A stretch of DNA of 64,000 nucleotides from Planctomycetales bacterium (GCA_037441675.1 JBBIRS010000004.1:112058-176057); one strand, 5' to 3'. Positions 40,785-52,190 are shown, counted from the stretch's first letter. Translations and numbers: made by a program. The notes: generated by a model from the sequence alone, not told the origin.

Positions 40785-42110
40785 GTGGAAAGTCAAGTAT
40801 CAGTTTTGGGCGAGGATCCCTTAAGTAGCATAATCGCGTTCGCAGTTCTTGTCGTAATTACCGCTCTTATGGTCGCCATTGAGGTTGCCTACATCGCGGT
40901 GAGAAGGAGCGCCATCCTTGAAAGGATAAAGCGGGAAGACAAACGAGCCAAGTTGGCTTACCCTCACGTGAAGGAACCGATGGATATGCTCGCAGCGACC
41001 GCCATCGGCATAACTCTCGCAAGCGTGGTTGGTGGCGCTACTGTTGTTGCAACTATCGGCGTCGTCATTCAAAAACTCGGCGTGAACCTCGGATTTAGCG
41101 CAAGCGCATCCCTAACGGTTGGGGTAATTATCGGCACTTTCATCTTCAGCTATATTATCCTACTCTTCGGTGAGGTTCTTCCAAAGAGGCTCGCCTATCA
41201 GTATTCCGAAGCGATAACCCTTTGGACTGCGCACGTTCTTCGCTGGACTATCATCCTCACTTACCCTTTTTTGTGGCTTTTGAAGGCGGGCGCAAATCTT
41301 TTCTGCAAGCTTTTTGGAATTAAACTTTCGGAAGAGCAAAGATTCAACGCTGCCGAACTTGCGATTATCCTGCAAATGACTGAAGATTTAACTAAAGAGG
41401 AAAAAGAACTCACAGAGAGAGTTTTCCGATTCCGTGAAACTGAGGTGAGGGATGCAATGGTTCCCCGTGTGGATATTGTTGCGATTGAGGGTGAGAAGAC
41501 CATTAGCGAATTTATTGACCTTGCACTTGAAAGCGGGAAAAGCAGGCTCCCCGTCTTTGGCGAGAATAGTGATGAGATTATCGGGATTTTACATATCAAG
41601 CATGCGGGCAAAATTGAACGTGAAGGTTTTGGTAATGAACCAGTGAAGAAATACGTTCGGCAAGCTTTATTTCTGCCTGAAAGTGCGAGTGCGCTATCTG
41701 CATTGAACCAAATGAGGGATGCGAGTCAACAGATGGCGATTGCGGTGGATGAGTTTGGGCAAGTGGTTGGGCTTGTAACCCTCGAGGATTTACTTGAGGA
41801 GCTGGTCGGTGATGTTTTTGACGAAAGTGATGTTAGACGGGAGCGTGTCAAAAAAATCTCGGATAGCATTTGGCTAGTTGAGGGAACGATTAGTTTGAAC
41901 GACTTATCCTATGCCCTGAAAACAGAACTTCCGCGTACTCGCGATTATGAAACGCTATCTGGGCTAATAATTGATAGATTGGGTAACGTGCCAACAGCTG
42001 GCGCTACTCTAACGGTGAATGGACTTGAACTTGAAGTGACCCGCGCAACAAAAAGAAGAATTCTTGAAGTGAAAATTGAGCGCAAAGCTGAAATCAGCGT
42101 GGATGAGTGA
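40785..42110 (+). CDS. Hemolysin-family CNNM/CBS/CorC transporter
   Basis: TM domain with GEVLPKRLA, MVPRVD, SRLPV, VDEFG...LEDLLEELVGD and C-terminal YETLSG. Confidence 0.92.
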   Translation: MESQVSVLGEDPLSSIIAFAVLVVITALMVAIEVAYIAVRRSAILERIKREDKRAKLAYPHVKEPMDMLAATAIGITLASVVGGATVVATIGVVIQKLGVNLGFSASASLTVGVIIGTFIFSYIILLFGEVLPKRLAYQYSEAITLWTAHVLRWTIILTYPFLWLLKAGANLFCKLFGIKLSEEQRFNAAELAIILQMTEDLTKEEKELTERVFRFRETEVRDAMVPRVDIVAIEGEKTISEFIDLALESGKSRLPVFGENSDEIIGILHIKHAGKIEREGFGNEPVKKYVRQALFLPESASALSALNQMRDASQQMAIAVDEFGQVVGLVTLEDLLEELVGDVFDESDVRRERVKKISDSIWLVEGTISLNDLSYALKTELPRTRDYETLSGLIIDRLGNVPTAGATLTVNGLELEVTRATKRRILEVKIERKAEISVDE

Positions 42111-42216
42111 GGCGTGCGACGGGCGTGGCTAAGCTAGGCGCGGGATAGCTGAAGAGGATGAGACTTTGGCTCTTCCTGTGCTATTCTTATTCTTATTTCA
42201 ATGACTGGAAGTATCA

Positions 42217-42912
42217 ATGCTTTCGTTTGGCGAAAAGACTATGTCGGTTCTGAAAAGAATTCGCGAGGATAGCCTTCAGGAGGACGCGAGTGAGGCGTAT
42301 CCAGAGGGAAGAAGACTCCACGCCATCCCCTTTGAGAGCGGATGGTTCTTTTATGCTCTTGCGAGATCATTAAAGCCTAAGAGAGCTCTTGAAATTGGAA
42401 TGAGCGCTGGAATGAGCACGATATTCATCGCAAAAGCGCTAAATGATAGCGTAAAGTCCATTGGCATTCGTCAGCAGTCGTTAGATGAAAATAGCGAGAA
42501 GTCGGAAGTCACCGGCGAAACAACCGCTATCCAACCAAGCATCAAGGAACTACCAAGACTTTACACGATGGAGTATGACAAAAGAATGCTCGCTCTCGGA
42601 AGGAAGAATCTTGAGGAGGTTGGGCTTGGGGATTGGGTGGAGATTATAGAGGGGGATGCCAAGGAAAACGTGAAAACACTTGAGGGAACATTTGAGTTTA
42701 TTTTCAACGATGCGGAGAAGGTTGACTACCTTTACTTTGTGAAGGAGCTTGAGCGAGTGACGGAAGTTGGGAGCGTGATGATTTCGGACAACGCAATAAG
42801 CCACAAAGAAATGCTTAGGGACTTTTTTAGCTACCTCGCTGACTCAGAAAAGTGGTTCTCCCAAACTATCCCAATCGGCAACGGACTTGAAATGAGCTTG
42901 CGTGTGAGGTGA
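42217..42912 (+). CDS. Class I SAM-dependent O-methyltransferase
   Basis: LEIGMSAGMS, GDA, FNDAEK..Y, SDN and PIGNGL motifs. Confidence 0.88.
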   Translation: MLSFGEKTMSVLKRIREDSLQEDASEAYPEGRRLHAIPFESGWFFYALARSLKPKRALEIGMSAGMSTIFIAKALNDSVKSIGIRQQSLDENSEKSEVTGETTAIQPSIKELPRLYTMEYDKRMLALGRKNLEEVGLGDWVEIIEGDAKENVKTLEGTFEFIFNDAEKVDYLYFVKELERVTEVGSVMISDNAISHKEMLRDFFSYLADSEKWFSQTIPIGNGLEMSLRVR

Positions 42913-42978
42913 GGGTAGGAAACCAGATACTTTAACTGAAATCTCACCAAGATGACATAACATTATTTTAGAGAGAAT

Positions 42979-43200
42979 ATGCCAAATCCCAACCGAAAAC
43001 TTGAAGAACTACTTAACGATCTTTTTGAGCTCTATAAATCAGGTTTAGCTACTCCTGGGCGCCTAGCCCTTCTGGAAAGGTTGATAAATGAGTTACAGGC
43101 CAGCCTAAAAGAATCAGAATTAACATCAGAAACTCCCCAACCTGCTCCATATCTCTCTACGTCTCCTTTGAGGGCTTTTGTTGCGCCTCAACCTCCTTAA
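42979..43200 (+). CDS. Small hypothetical helical protein (uncertain)
   Basis: 73-aa ATG ORF with an amphipathic N-half; 44-nt convergent overlap with the next gene. Confidence 0.3.
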   Translation: MPNPNRKLEELLNDLFELYKSGLATPGRLALLERLINELQASLKESELTSETPQPAPYLSTSPLRAFVAPQPP

Positions 43201-43897
43201 GGCGCGGTTCAAGCCAGCTCGCGCATTCTTTGACTTTACTCTCATCGCGCCCACGTATGCGAACCTCTACCCACGCGATATCTTCATACTTCGGATAGCT
43301 TCCTATTTTCACGTAGGGAAACTTGTCTCGAGCTTCTCTGAGAATGTGCGCAAACTTACTCTCGCCAACCAATACGCTTATCCTCTCTTCAAAAAAGCTA
43401 CCGCGCCTAAGCTCATCCTCAACTAACTCAAACATTGCGTGAAGCAGGCGTGGAATTCCCGGAAAAACGTAGATATTGTCCACGATAAAGCCGGGCGCGC
43501 CTGTTTGCTTGTTGCCTATAAGCCTGCATCCCTCGGGAAGGTACGCCATTATTAGCTGGGTCTCCGTTGGCTTTTTCTCATAGGCTTCCTCAATCGCTTT
43601 CGCAGCTTCCTCGTTGAAAACAATCTTCCTGTTGGTTACCTGTGCAATTGCTTCACGAGTTAAATCATCATGGGTGGGTCCAATACCACCAGTAGTTATG
43701 ACAAATTCAAATTCATCTTTAATGCGTGAAATTTCACTGACGAGTACGTCAATTTCGTCGGGAAGAACGAGTATTCTCTTAACTTCAACGCCAAGTTGCG
43801 TCAGCCTTTCCACAAGAAACTGTGAATTCGTATCCTTAGTGGAACCGCAAAGTATCTCGTCACCGATAATCACAACTGCTGCGCTATTGCGAATCAT
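43157..43897 (-). CDS. CinA-like molybdopterin-binding-domain protein (COG1058 type, no PncC domain)
   Basis: IGDEIL.G...DTN, GGIGPTHDDLT, GAPG, FPGIP and IGSYP motifs. Confidence 0.88.
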   Translation of the reverse strand: MIRNSAAVVIIGDEILCGSTKDTNSQFLVERLTQLGVEVKRILVLPDEIDVLVSEISRIKDEFEFVITTGGIGPTHDDLTREAIAQVTNRKIVFNEEAAKAIEEAYEKKPTETQLIMAYLPEGCRLIGNKQTGAPGFIVDNIYVFPGIPRLLHAMFELVEDELRRGSFFEERISVLVGESKFAHILREARDKFPYVKIGSYPKYEDIAWVEVRIRGRDESKVKECASWLEPRLKEVEAQQKPSKET

Positions 43898-44054
43898 TTG
43901 GCTTGTATTTTAGCTAAGTTGTCAAAATAATGGTAGATATATCATTGTAACTTTCTTGTTTACTCTTTAGCATGAACGATAATTCCAATTTGATTGATTA
44001 TTTTGAGACAAGTATGGTACGTGCTTTGGCGCAACTTTTGGTATTATCTTTAAT

Positions 44055-44930
44055 GTGCTTGATAAAATTTCACGTTCCAAGAAAATACTGCTCTTGATCG
44101 CAGTGACATTTATTTCGAACCTAGCGGTCGCAGTGTTTAAGATAACCGCAGGCTTAATCACAGGCTTGATGTCGGTTACCGCGAGTGGATTTGAATCGCT
44201 TCTTGACGCCTCTAACAACGTCATCGGATTCACTGCCATTCATCTTTCCGCAAAGAGTCCCGATTCTGCTCATCCTTACGGCCATAGAAAATTTGAGACT
44301 TTTGTTTCGCTAATAATTGCCTTTCTTATGTTTCTTGCTGGAACGCAAATATTCATTGCTGGGATCGAAAGGTATTATGGTGGTAGCGTCCCTCAGGTTA
44401 GCAGATTAGCTTACGTTGTTGTTGCCTTAAGTATGCTTGTGAGTCTCCTGGTTTCAGTGACGGAGTGGCAATTTGGAAGGCTTTACAAATCCGAGTTTTT
44501 ACTTGCAGATTCCGCGCACACTCTAACGGATTTCTTCTCTTCGGCAATTGTAATTCTTTCAATTTACCTGGTCAAAAGCGGAGCGGTGTGGGCAGATTTT
44601 TCCGCCGCACTCGTGGTGGTCATAATAATACTGTTCATTGGCGCAAGGATTATCCGCGAGGCGTTCACCACCTTAGTTGACACTTCAAGAATTGAACCTA
44701 ATTTATTAGAGTTTGCCTGCCTTCAGGTTGACGGTGTAAAGGCAGTTCATAAGATAAGGAGCCGAGGTACACCGGATGCAATCAAGGTGGATCTGCATAT
44801 TAAGGTTAGCAGAGACTTGCCGATAGAGGATGCACACTCTCTCTCTCACCGCGTTAAGGACAAACTGCTCGCAGATTTTCCACAAGTGGACGACGTTATA
44901 GTCCACGTCGAACCGTGGTACGGCAGATGA
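44055..44930 (+). CDS. Cation diffusion facilitator family transporter
   Basis: HPYGHRKFE, ADSAHTLTD and C-terminal VDLHI...VHVEP motifs. Confidence 0.93.
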   Translation: MLDKISRSKKILLLIAVTFISNLAVAVFKITAGLITGLMSVTASGFESLLDASNNVIGFTAIHLSAKSPDSAHPYGHRKFETFVSLIIAFLMFLAGTQIFIAGIERYYGGSVPQVSRLAYVVVALSMLVSLLVSVTEWQFGRLYKSEFLLADSAHTLTDFFSSAIVILSIYLVKSGAVWADFSAALVVVIIILFIGARIIREAFTTLVDTSRIEPNLLEFACLQVDGVKAVHKIRSRGTPDAIKVDLHIKVSRDLPIEDAHSLSHRVKDKLLADFPQVDDVIVHVEPWYGR

Positions 44931-44955
44931 GAATAAAGCGTAAGCTATATTAAAG

Positions 44956-45720
44956 CTACACCCTTCCGAATCTTCTATCACGCGACTGATACTCAATGAT
45001 GGCTTTCATTAACTCAAGCTCGTCAAAGTCGGGCCAGAGAGTCTCGGTGAAGTAAAGCTCGGTGTATGCAATCTGCCAGAGTAAAAAGTTGCTTATTCGC
45101 ATCTCCCCACTAGTGCGTATTAGAAGATCCGGGTCGGGTAGTTCAGGGTGGTAGAAATACCTACTAAAGAAGACACTATCAATACCGTTTGGCGATATCT
45201 TTTCGCTTTTTATATCTCCGATAATCTTTTCTACAGCCCGAAGTATCTCACTTCTACCACTGTAAAAGACGCAGAGATTAAGCGTAAGTCCAAGATTAGA
45301 CTTGGTTTCTTCCTCCGCGCGCTTGAACTTTTCGCATATTTTCTCAGGTAGCATCTCAAGCTCGCCAGAGAATATAACCCGCGCGTTTCTCTTTTTGAGT
45401 TCTGGAATTTCTGTAGCCACTGTTTCGTCAAAGAGTCGAAAAATCTCTGCAACTTCTTCCGAAGGTCGTTCCACATTTTCAGTTGAGAACGCAAAGAGCG
45501 TGAGAAATGGGATTTTCAGGTCGTCAACAGTACGCACTACTCTCCTGATCGCCTCAACTGCATACTTATGACCTTCAATCCTTGAAAGGCCATGACGCTC
45601 TCCCCACCTGCCATTGCCATCCATTATTATGGCAATATGGCGAGGTAGCCTCTTTTCGTCAATTTGCGCTTTCAAAAGTTCTGCTCTTTCTTTCACTTCT
45701 GTTGTTGACATTTCAGTCAC
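44956..45720 (-). CDS. uppS: Undecaprenyl/isoprenyl diphosphate synthase
   Basis: HIAIIMDGNGRW, FSTEN, DLLIRTSGE.RISNFLLWQ and RRFG motifs; true start may be the ATG at 45711. Confidence 0.96.
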   Translation of the reverse strand: MTEMSTTEVKERAELLKAQIDEKRLPRHIAIIMDGNGRWGERHGLSRIEGHKYAVEAIRRVVRTVDDLKIPFLTLFAFSTENVERPSEEVAEIFRLFDETVATEIPELKKRNARVIFSGELEMLPEKICEKFKRAEEETKSNLGLTLNLCVFYSGRSEILRAVEKIIGDIKSEKISPNGIDSVFFSRYFYHPELPDPDLLIRTSGEMRISNFLLWQIAYTELYFTETLWPDFDELELMKAIIEYQSRDRRFGRV

Positions 45721-45801
45721 CTATTTTAGCATTAGAAAAAGATTTTAATGGAACGCTGGAAGTTGTAGATATTTACGTGATGAATACTAAACAGTAACAG
45801 G

Positions 45802-46509
45802 CTAGACCCTCACCACGCTCTTGATTAAATACTCTTTCACTGAGTTGAGTATTTTCAAACCATCCCTGCTTCCAAGTATCGTTTCACAGGCGCGCTCAGG
45901 ATGTGGCATCATCCCAAGAACGTTGCCTCCCTCGTTGATAATGCCTGCGATGTTGTTTATACTTCCATTCGGGTTGGCGCTTTCGGTAATATCACCAGCT
46001 GGCGTAGAATAGCGGAAAACTACTAGCCCCAATGATTCTATTTTATCAAGAGTTTCTGCTGGAGCAATAAAGTTTCCCTCCGCATGGGCAATTGGTATCC
46101 TGAGAACTTTCCCCCTCTTAATGGATTTAGTAAAGGGAGTGTTTTCATTTTCTACTCGGATGTGAACCCACTTACACCAAAAGCCTGGCTTTGCGTTCTT
46201 AACAAGCGCGCCGGGTAAAAGACCTGCTTCACATAAAATCTGAAAGCCGTTGCAAATGCCAAGTACAAGACCTCCAGAATCTGCGAACTCTTTTACCGCA
46301 TTCATAATCGGAGAAAAGCTAGCGATAGCGCCTGCCCGCAGATAATCACCGTAAGAAAATCCGCCCGGAAGAACAACTAGATCAACCTCAGGTAGCTCGC
46401 TCTCATAGTAAAAAATTCTTCGGGCGTCCGCTCCAAGAACCTCACTAAAGGCATAAAGCGCATCATCATCGCAATTAGAACCAAGAAAAGTTATCACGCC
46501 GACTCGCAT
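45802..46509 (-). CDS. purQ: Phosphoribosylformylglycinamidine synthase glutaminase subunit
   Basis: GSNCD, PGGFSYGDYLR, GICNGFQ, NPNGS and MMPHPER motifs. Confidence 0.96.
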   Translation of the reverse strand: MRVGVITFLGSNCDDDALYAFSEVLGADARRIFYYESELPEVDLVVLPGGFSYGDYLRAGAIASFSPIMNAVKEFADSGGLVLGICNGFQILCEAGLLPGALVKNAKPGFWCKWVHIRVENENTPFTKSIKRGKVLRIPIAHAEGNFIAPAETLDKIESLGLVVFRYSTPAGDITESANPNGSINNIAGIINEGGNVLGMMPHPERACETILGSRDGLKILNSVKEYLIKSVVRV

Positions 46510-46733
46510 CTCGTTAGTATTTTAACGCATGCTGTAAAAATGCGTTAGTTGCGGGTTCTTTTGCTTTCTAAATCCCTACTCTTTAGATTAAATGGCGAAA
46601 AATTACATCTGTTGAAAAGATATCAAATCAAAGATTAACTGGAACAATAGAAGCGACCAATCAACCAACTTAACATACTAGACCAAGATTTTAAGCTAAC
46701 CAGATAAAATTTAGGGTACTTCTAAAATAAGAC

Positions 46734-46997
46734 ATGGATGAAATAACTCCTGAACCAGTAATAGCGGAAAGAAGTCCTGCGGTACTAGAACTTGAGCCGA
46801 ATACCTACTACTGGTGCGCCTGCGGGAAGAGCAAGAACCAGCCTTTTTGCGATGGCTCGCATAAGAAGGATGGTTTATTTTCGCCAATAAAGTTTGAAAT
46901 TACCGAGAAGAAGCGCGTTGCGCTTTGTAGGTGCAAGCATTCAACGAATAAGCCCTACTGCGATGGAACGCATAAGTCGCTAGTGAAAAAAGAGTAG
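46734..46997 (+). CDS. Double CDGSH iron-sulfur domain protein (MiNT/CISD3-like)
   Basis: WCACGKS..QPFCDGSH and LCRCKHS..PYCDGTH motifs. Confidence 0.93.
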   Translation: MDEITPEPVIAERSPAVLELEPNTYYWCACGKSKNQPFCDGSHKKDGLFSPIKFEITEKKRVALCRCKHSTNKPYCDGTHKSLVKKE

Positions 46998-47363
46998 TGC
47001 CTTAAGATTGATGTAATTTACACCACAAAAATTTCTGAAGCACCCAAATTAGTTTTTGAAACCACAATTAACTTTATCGATAGTCCACGCTATCATATTC
47101 AAAATCAATTGCCTCAAGAACGGTATCGCACTTTATGAATGGCAGGAGATTCTGTTCCACTACGCGTATAATCCTTCGTCGTTATCTCATCTTCGCCTTC
47201 TCTTTCAAGAGCTGAGGCAAAGAAGTCGTAATTTACTAAGAGTTAACCAAAATCTCATTTCCCTTGACTTTGGTAAGACTAAGAAAAATAGGACTTTAGG
47301 GGAAAAGCTACTGAAGCAGTTAACCTACTGTCTTTTTAGTGTGTTGTCTGATTAGTGTAAATC

Positions 47364-47825
47364 TTACTCTTCGTTGCCGAAGGGCGAAGGGTATCCTAGA
47401 CGTGAGCGGATATAGCTAATCTGGCCGAAGTGGTAAGCATCATGCATATAAAGAAACATAAGTTCGTCGCCGAGAGTGGAGCCTTCCTCGGTTTTCTCAT
47501 CGCGCTTCTCAGAGGGGAGAGTGCGCAGACGTTCAATAAGCTCTGGAGTTATTCGCTCTAGCTCTTTTATGAGCTCAGGAACAGTAAGTTGAAGCGGCTC
47601 ACCAGGCTTCGCGCCAAAGTCAAACGGTTCCGCCCATTCAGGCTCAGGCTCCGTCCAACCTAGCTTCCGAGCCATCAGGTGACGATATTTTGTGATGTGT
47701 CCGAGTATCCAATTAATGCTAGGACAACCAAGCAGATTTTCACTCAAGTGCTCAGGCGTTATGCCATCAAGCCAAGCCTTGTAATACTTAAGCGACCGCT
47801 CCAATGCAGTCGCGAGTTCTTTCAT
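47364..47825 (-). CDS. DinB family protein
   Basis: SINWILGHI and HDAYHFGQI motifs. Confidence 0.85.
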   Translation of the reverse strand: MKELATALERSLKYYKAWLDGITPEHLSENLLGCPSINWILGHITKYRHLMARKLGWTEPEPEWAEPFDFGAKPGEPLQLTVPELIKELERITPELIERLRTLPSEKRDEKTEEGSTLGDELMFLYMHDAYHFGQISYIRSRLGYPSPFGNEE

Positions 47826-47952
47826 CTATTCACTCCACACATTGTTAATATGAAATAGAGTTTAGCATATGCGCGTGGAGTATAGATTAGGCGTATCCTT
47901 TGCCAAGTCGGGTATATCTTAGCTATCACTGCTTAAGGGAGGAAATTGATCA

Positions 47953-48608
47953 ATGCCAATAGAGGGAAGGAAAACTAGCGAAGCCAAGCAAGACATAAAG
48001 AAAATTGAGAGCGAGCTTCGTTCTCTTGGAAAAGAATGCAAAGGGAGCGGAAGCGGGCACTGTCTCTAATGCGAAAGCTCACAGGCGAGACCGTAGGCGA
48101 TTACGAGTTCACGTCCATTGGGCGAACAGGCAAATTAAAGAAGACAAAGCTCTCGCACTTGTTCGGAAAGCACAACGAGCTAATCGTCATTCACAATAGG
48201 GGGAAAGGTTACGTTTACTGCACCCTTTGGGCGGATGGTTTTAATGGACTCGTGCCTCACTTTGAAAACCGCGCGGGATATGTCGTGGTTTCACCTGATG
48301 ATCCTAAAACTCAGCGAGAATTCGCTTAGAGCCGAGGGGGGAGATTCAAGTTGCTTTCCGCAAAGGGAACAACTTTCTTCAAAGATATGGGCTTTGAGCA
48401 CAAGAAACTTCCCTCGCTTGGCGTATCCGTGTTTGAGAAACGGAACGGGAAAGTTACGCGCATCGCAAAGAGCTACTTTGGTCCCGGCGATGACTATTGT
48501 GTAATCTGGCACTTCTTCTCTTTGCTTCCAAATGGAAGCAAGGGCTGGCATCCGAAGTATGCATACAAGTATTTAGTAGCCTCAAGTCGGTATCCCGTCG
48601 CAGGTTAG
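47953..48608 (+). pseudogene. DUF899 (thioredoxin-like) family pseudogene
   Basis: ATG 47953; A-run frameshift near 48030; YCTLWADGFNG; in-frame TAG at 48327; continues SRGGRF...FGPGDDYCVIWHFF. Confidence 0.8.
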
Positions 48609-48653
48609 CCTCTAGTTTGGATGCCCGGGAACCCCGGGTTACTCTAGCGGCGG

Positions 48654-51120
48654 TCAGTCGCCCTCCTCAATTATCCTCCTCATCTCCTTGAATAGTGGAG
48701 TACTAAAGGAACCTTCCAAGAGTTGAATGCCAAGAAAGCCTAGCTTTTAGCCCGCATTCATTATAAACCCGCCCTCAACGTTCTTGCAAAGGAGCATAGT
48801 GGAAAAACCACCCCCGATAACATACGCAATTTGCGCCCAGGGTACGATTGATTCTCTAAAAAGCCCTAGCTCAACTCTCGGGAAGCCAACGCCAAAGCTC
48901 ACCTGCATTGCCCGAGCTGCGGCTGTGTTCTGGTCACCGTTTTTGTCAAAGGATTGTGAACGACCCCCCTCACCGGGAAGAACATGCACACCATCACAGC
49001 TGAAACCAATGTCACTATCATAAGTAAAGTCAATGGTCAGAAGCGCGGAAGCTTCAGGATGAACGATACAGTTCATTACAAACTGTATCTTTACGTTCAG
49101 AACCACGGGTATAGGACCAACCATAAAGGGTATCTTCATAACAGTAGCGGGGAATTCAAAGTTGATGGCGTCATTTCCCGAGCCTGCAGCGACAAGTTTT
49201 AGCGTAGCGTTGCCGTGTAAGCCGTTAATGGCGTGGTCAAAGTCCGCAAGCTGGCCACCGGAAAGCTCAATATGGTCGGCGTCATTGAATTTGCTTAATT
49301 CACATTCAATCTGAAAGCTCGCCCGCAAAGCCTGAAGAACTTTCTTCTCCACAACAAACTTAAATGGAGCGGTATCACCGTTAAGGGAAATGTCCACAAG
49401 ATACTTGTAATCGCCGAACTCCATCTCAAAGTGAATGACATTATCGTTCGCACTCAGTTCCTTGCCGTTGACTATGAAGGACGCTATTTTTTCAGGGGTG
49501 AACTCTACGTCATAATCCCAGGAGATTGTGCCATTAAGAATAGCTTCGTTGAGGGTAGCATACTCAGTGCTAACAATTATTCCGCTTCCCGCCGTATCAA
49601 CAGATGTAATCCTTCTAAGAGCAAGACCTTCTATGACTAGTATTCTGCCCGGAGAAAAGTCTAGACCAGCATTATCAACACCTTGCCCATCAAAGAGGAA
49701 CATATAATTCTCCGGATCACTAATATCTTGATCCCAGAGCAAAACAAGATTTTCCCCCTCAACAAGAGTAACATCCGGTGACCATTCAACATTAAAGGTG
49801 TAAGTATCGGGAACGAGATTCACGGCGGTAATGGCAATACTTTTAGTTGATGTATCGCCTTCGTCATCCGTCACTCTGAGAACCGTTATGTATGAACCCT
49901 GTGCATACATATGGGTTGCCCAGGGGTAGGAACCTGCCTCAAAATCAAAAGTGCCGTCACCATTCCAATCCCACTCAAACTTCCTCAAGTCCCTCCCATC
50001 AGGGTCACTGTTTCCGCTCGCATCAAAAGCAACCATTAGTGGGGCGTAGCCATAAGTCTCACTTGAGGCCAGGCTAATGAAAGGCTCACCTGAAGTCACT
50101 ATTATGCTTACGGATGCGGTATCGGTAAGCCCATAATCATCCTTCACGCGAACCGTTGCGGTATAAGGCTCTGCTTTACCCTTAGTATAAGTATGGGAAG
50201 TGGTGGCTGAATCTCCTGATTCGTCAAAATCACCATCGCGGCTAAAATCCCACTCGTAAAGGACTATTTGACCATCCGGATCAGTGCTTGCACTCGCATC
50301 AAAGTTGACAACAAGCGGTGATAACCCAGAGGTTGGCTCGGCACTCAGAGAGGCGGTAGGAGGTTGATTATCTGAGCTTGGGACGCGCACCGGTAACCCC
50401 GCAATGCCCTCTCTCTCCGCATTGTCAATCGGGACTACCCTCACCCACGAACCCGCGGAAAGATTGAGCGAGTGCCGAAACCGAAGCCTCCATCACCGAA
50501 TGCCTCAGTTCTTGGTACTATCTCCACATCAGTGTAATCGCCAGTTTCGCTAGAGCTCGTTTCAATTATGTATCCACTGCACTGCGTAAAGAAGTTCATA
50601 GCTAGTGGAGAAACATTGCGATATTTATAGTGCCATCACCAGTCCCGTCTATGACGTTGTCCAAAGGATCATTATTGGTGTGAAAGAAATGTCTAGCGAG
50701 AGGGGTTATATCTTGGATGTTGACTCTTCCGTCCTGATTATAATCGCCAACGTTCCTATAGCTACAAGTAAGAGTAAAAGTCCCTCCGCCCTCGTCAATT
50801 ATTTCCAAATCCTCCACTACATTTCCCGAGCTGGAAGGTGGCGCTTGGGTAAACTTCAAACCTTCATTCTCCTGCAACAAACGGGATAACTCTCCTTTTA
50901 TCCTCCAAAATAATGCTGCTTCAACGCCTTCAGGGGTAGAAATGGTATCTAGCTCGGAAAGTAGTTCATCAATGGTCGCGGGTTGAGCATACTCCGTGAA
51001 ATTTTTCACTGGAGAAAGACTCATTACTCCATCACTTCTATTTCTGCAAGATGAAATAAAAGCAATTGAAACTATAACACCAAAAGCACAAAAGCTCTTC
51101 GTTCTAATTTCATAGCTCAA
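48654..51120 (-). pseudogene. Pseudogene of a dockerin/PKD lipoprotein paralogous to 2287-6366
   Basis: SYRNVGDYNQDG paralogy; two 1-nt frameshifts (about 50617 and 50490) restore DVSPLAMNFFTQC and GSWVRVVP; premature TAA at 48747 followed by in-frame KLGFLGIQLLEG. Confidence 0.8.
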
Positions 51121-51284
51121 CCTCCTGAGACTCTATTTTGAAATTTTCATCCTAATAACTAACTCTAATTCAGCTTTCCTGTACTGTCAAATAATTGGAA
51201 TGGAAGATTTTAGACAAATCAAGATATTTTCCGATAAACTCAATATTGTCAACAAGCCTGGGACAACTTGACGGAGGGAATGAG

Positions 51285-51524
51285 ATTGATGAGCCAATAA
51301 TTGCTGATAGGCATCCAAAGGTGATTGGGCTTGAAGCGGGGACATATAGATGGTGCCGGGGCGGAAGAAGCGCAAATCAACCATTCTGCGATAAATCTCA
51401 CGAGGAAACCACCTTTAAGCCGGTTAGATTTGAACTTACGGAGAAGCGCAGGTTCGCCTACTGTCTGTGCAAGAGGACTTAAACTCCGCCCTTTTGCGAC
51501 GGAACGAAGAGGGAGTTGAAGTAG
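51285..51524 (+). pseudogene. CDGSH iron-sulfur protein pseudogene (second copy)
   Basis: ATT in place of ATG after a GGAGG SD; WCRGG (Cys lost); in-frame TAA at 51480; CDGTK (His lost). Confidence 0.8.
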
Positions 51525-51599
51525 TGTGTTTCGTCCATCCCTGCCATCCTCTCAACAGACAAGCGTGTGTCATTAACAGTTAGAGATGCGGTGAGAAAG

Positions 51600-52190
51600 G
51601 CTTGAGTACTATAACTTCTTTCCCGTCTTCGGTTATCAACCCGGTTTCATTGACCTGAAATGTATAAGGTCCTTCAGCTCCCGGCGGATCCCAATCCACG
51701 CTAATGATAAAGCCCCAGGGTTTGCCCTCCTCATTGAAGTTTGTTCACTTTATGGTATAAGTCAAACCATCAACTTTACCATCAGCCCTGTCTGCATCCA
51801 AAAATGGTCCTCCAAGGGCAGGGTCCAGAAGCTCAGCCCACGAAGCCAAGTAGTAGCCATGTCTTGCACAAAAGGCTGTTTCCGCCGATGAACAACTAGG
51901 AAGATTAGCGATAATCTTCCCTCAATTTCCCTCTGTCTTCTCTGGTATGACAAATCCTTTCTTTTTTTTAGAAGAGTATCCGCACGGTTAGGATACTCCT
52001 TGACGAACGAGACATTTTGAGCGCTCACAGATTTTACATAAGCAGGAAGATGACCCTAAACGGCACGCCACCTATTGAGGCAATATCAACTTTTGTGGTG
52101 CTAGCATCGGCGCTAACTGCTTGCGAAGTTTTGATCGCGTAGCCAAGCCAAAAGATTGAGAGGACTAAAGAATGGGAAGTTCGTGCGTGA
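51600..52190 (-). pseudogene. Heavily degraded ORF remnant with a pilin-like helical motif
   Basis: Fragment GKIIANLPSCSSAETAFCARHGYY... resembles the N-terminal helix of pilin-like proteins; multiple stops and frameshifts; boundaries approximate. Confidence 0.3.

Noticed and set aside
46612..46626. FNR/Crp-like box upstream of the CDGSH gene (TTGA-N7-TCAA)
   Set aside because: The spacing is one base longer than the TTGAT-N4-ATCAA consensus, in AT-rich sequence
47056..47355. 99-aa TTG-start ORF between CDGSH and DinB
   Set aside because: No SD, no recognisable motif and atypical composition; probably spurious
48639..48656. TGA near the end of the PKD pseudogene followed by a CCCGGG-AAC-CCCGGG hairpin as a second Sec site
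   Set aside because: No redox motif context, the gene is already broken upstream, and the hairpin lies between convergent genes, so a terminator or chance is more likely
51899..51998. Two hairpins (GGAAGATTA-GCGA-TAATCTTCC and GAGTATCC-N9-GGATACTC) as a structured ncRNA
   Set aside because: They lie inside a degraded coding remnant on the minus strand, match no RNA family I recognise, and have no covariation support
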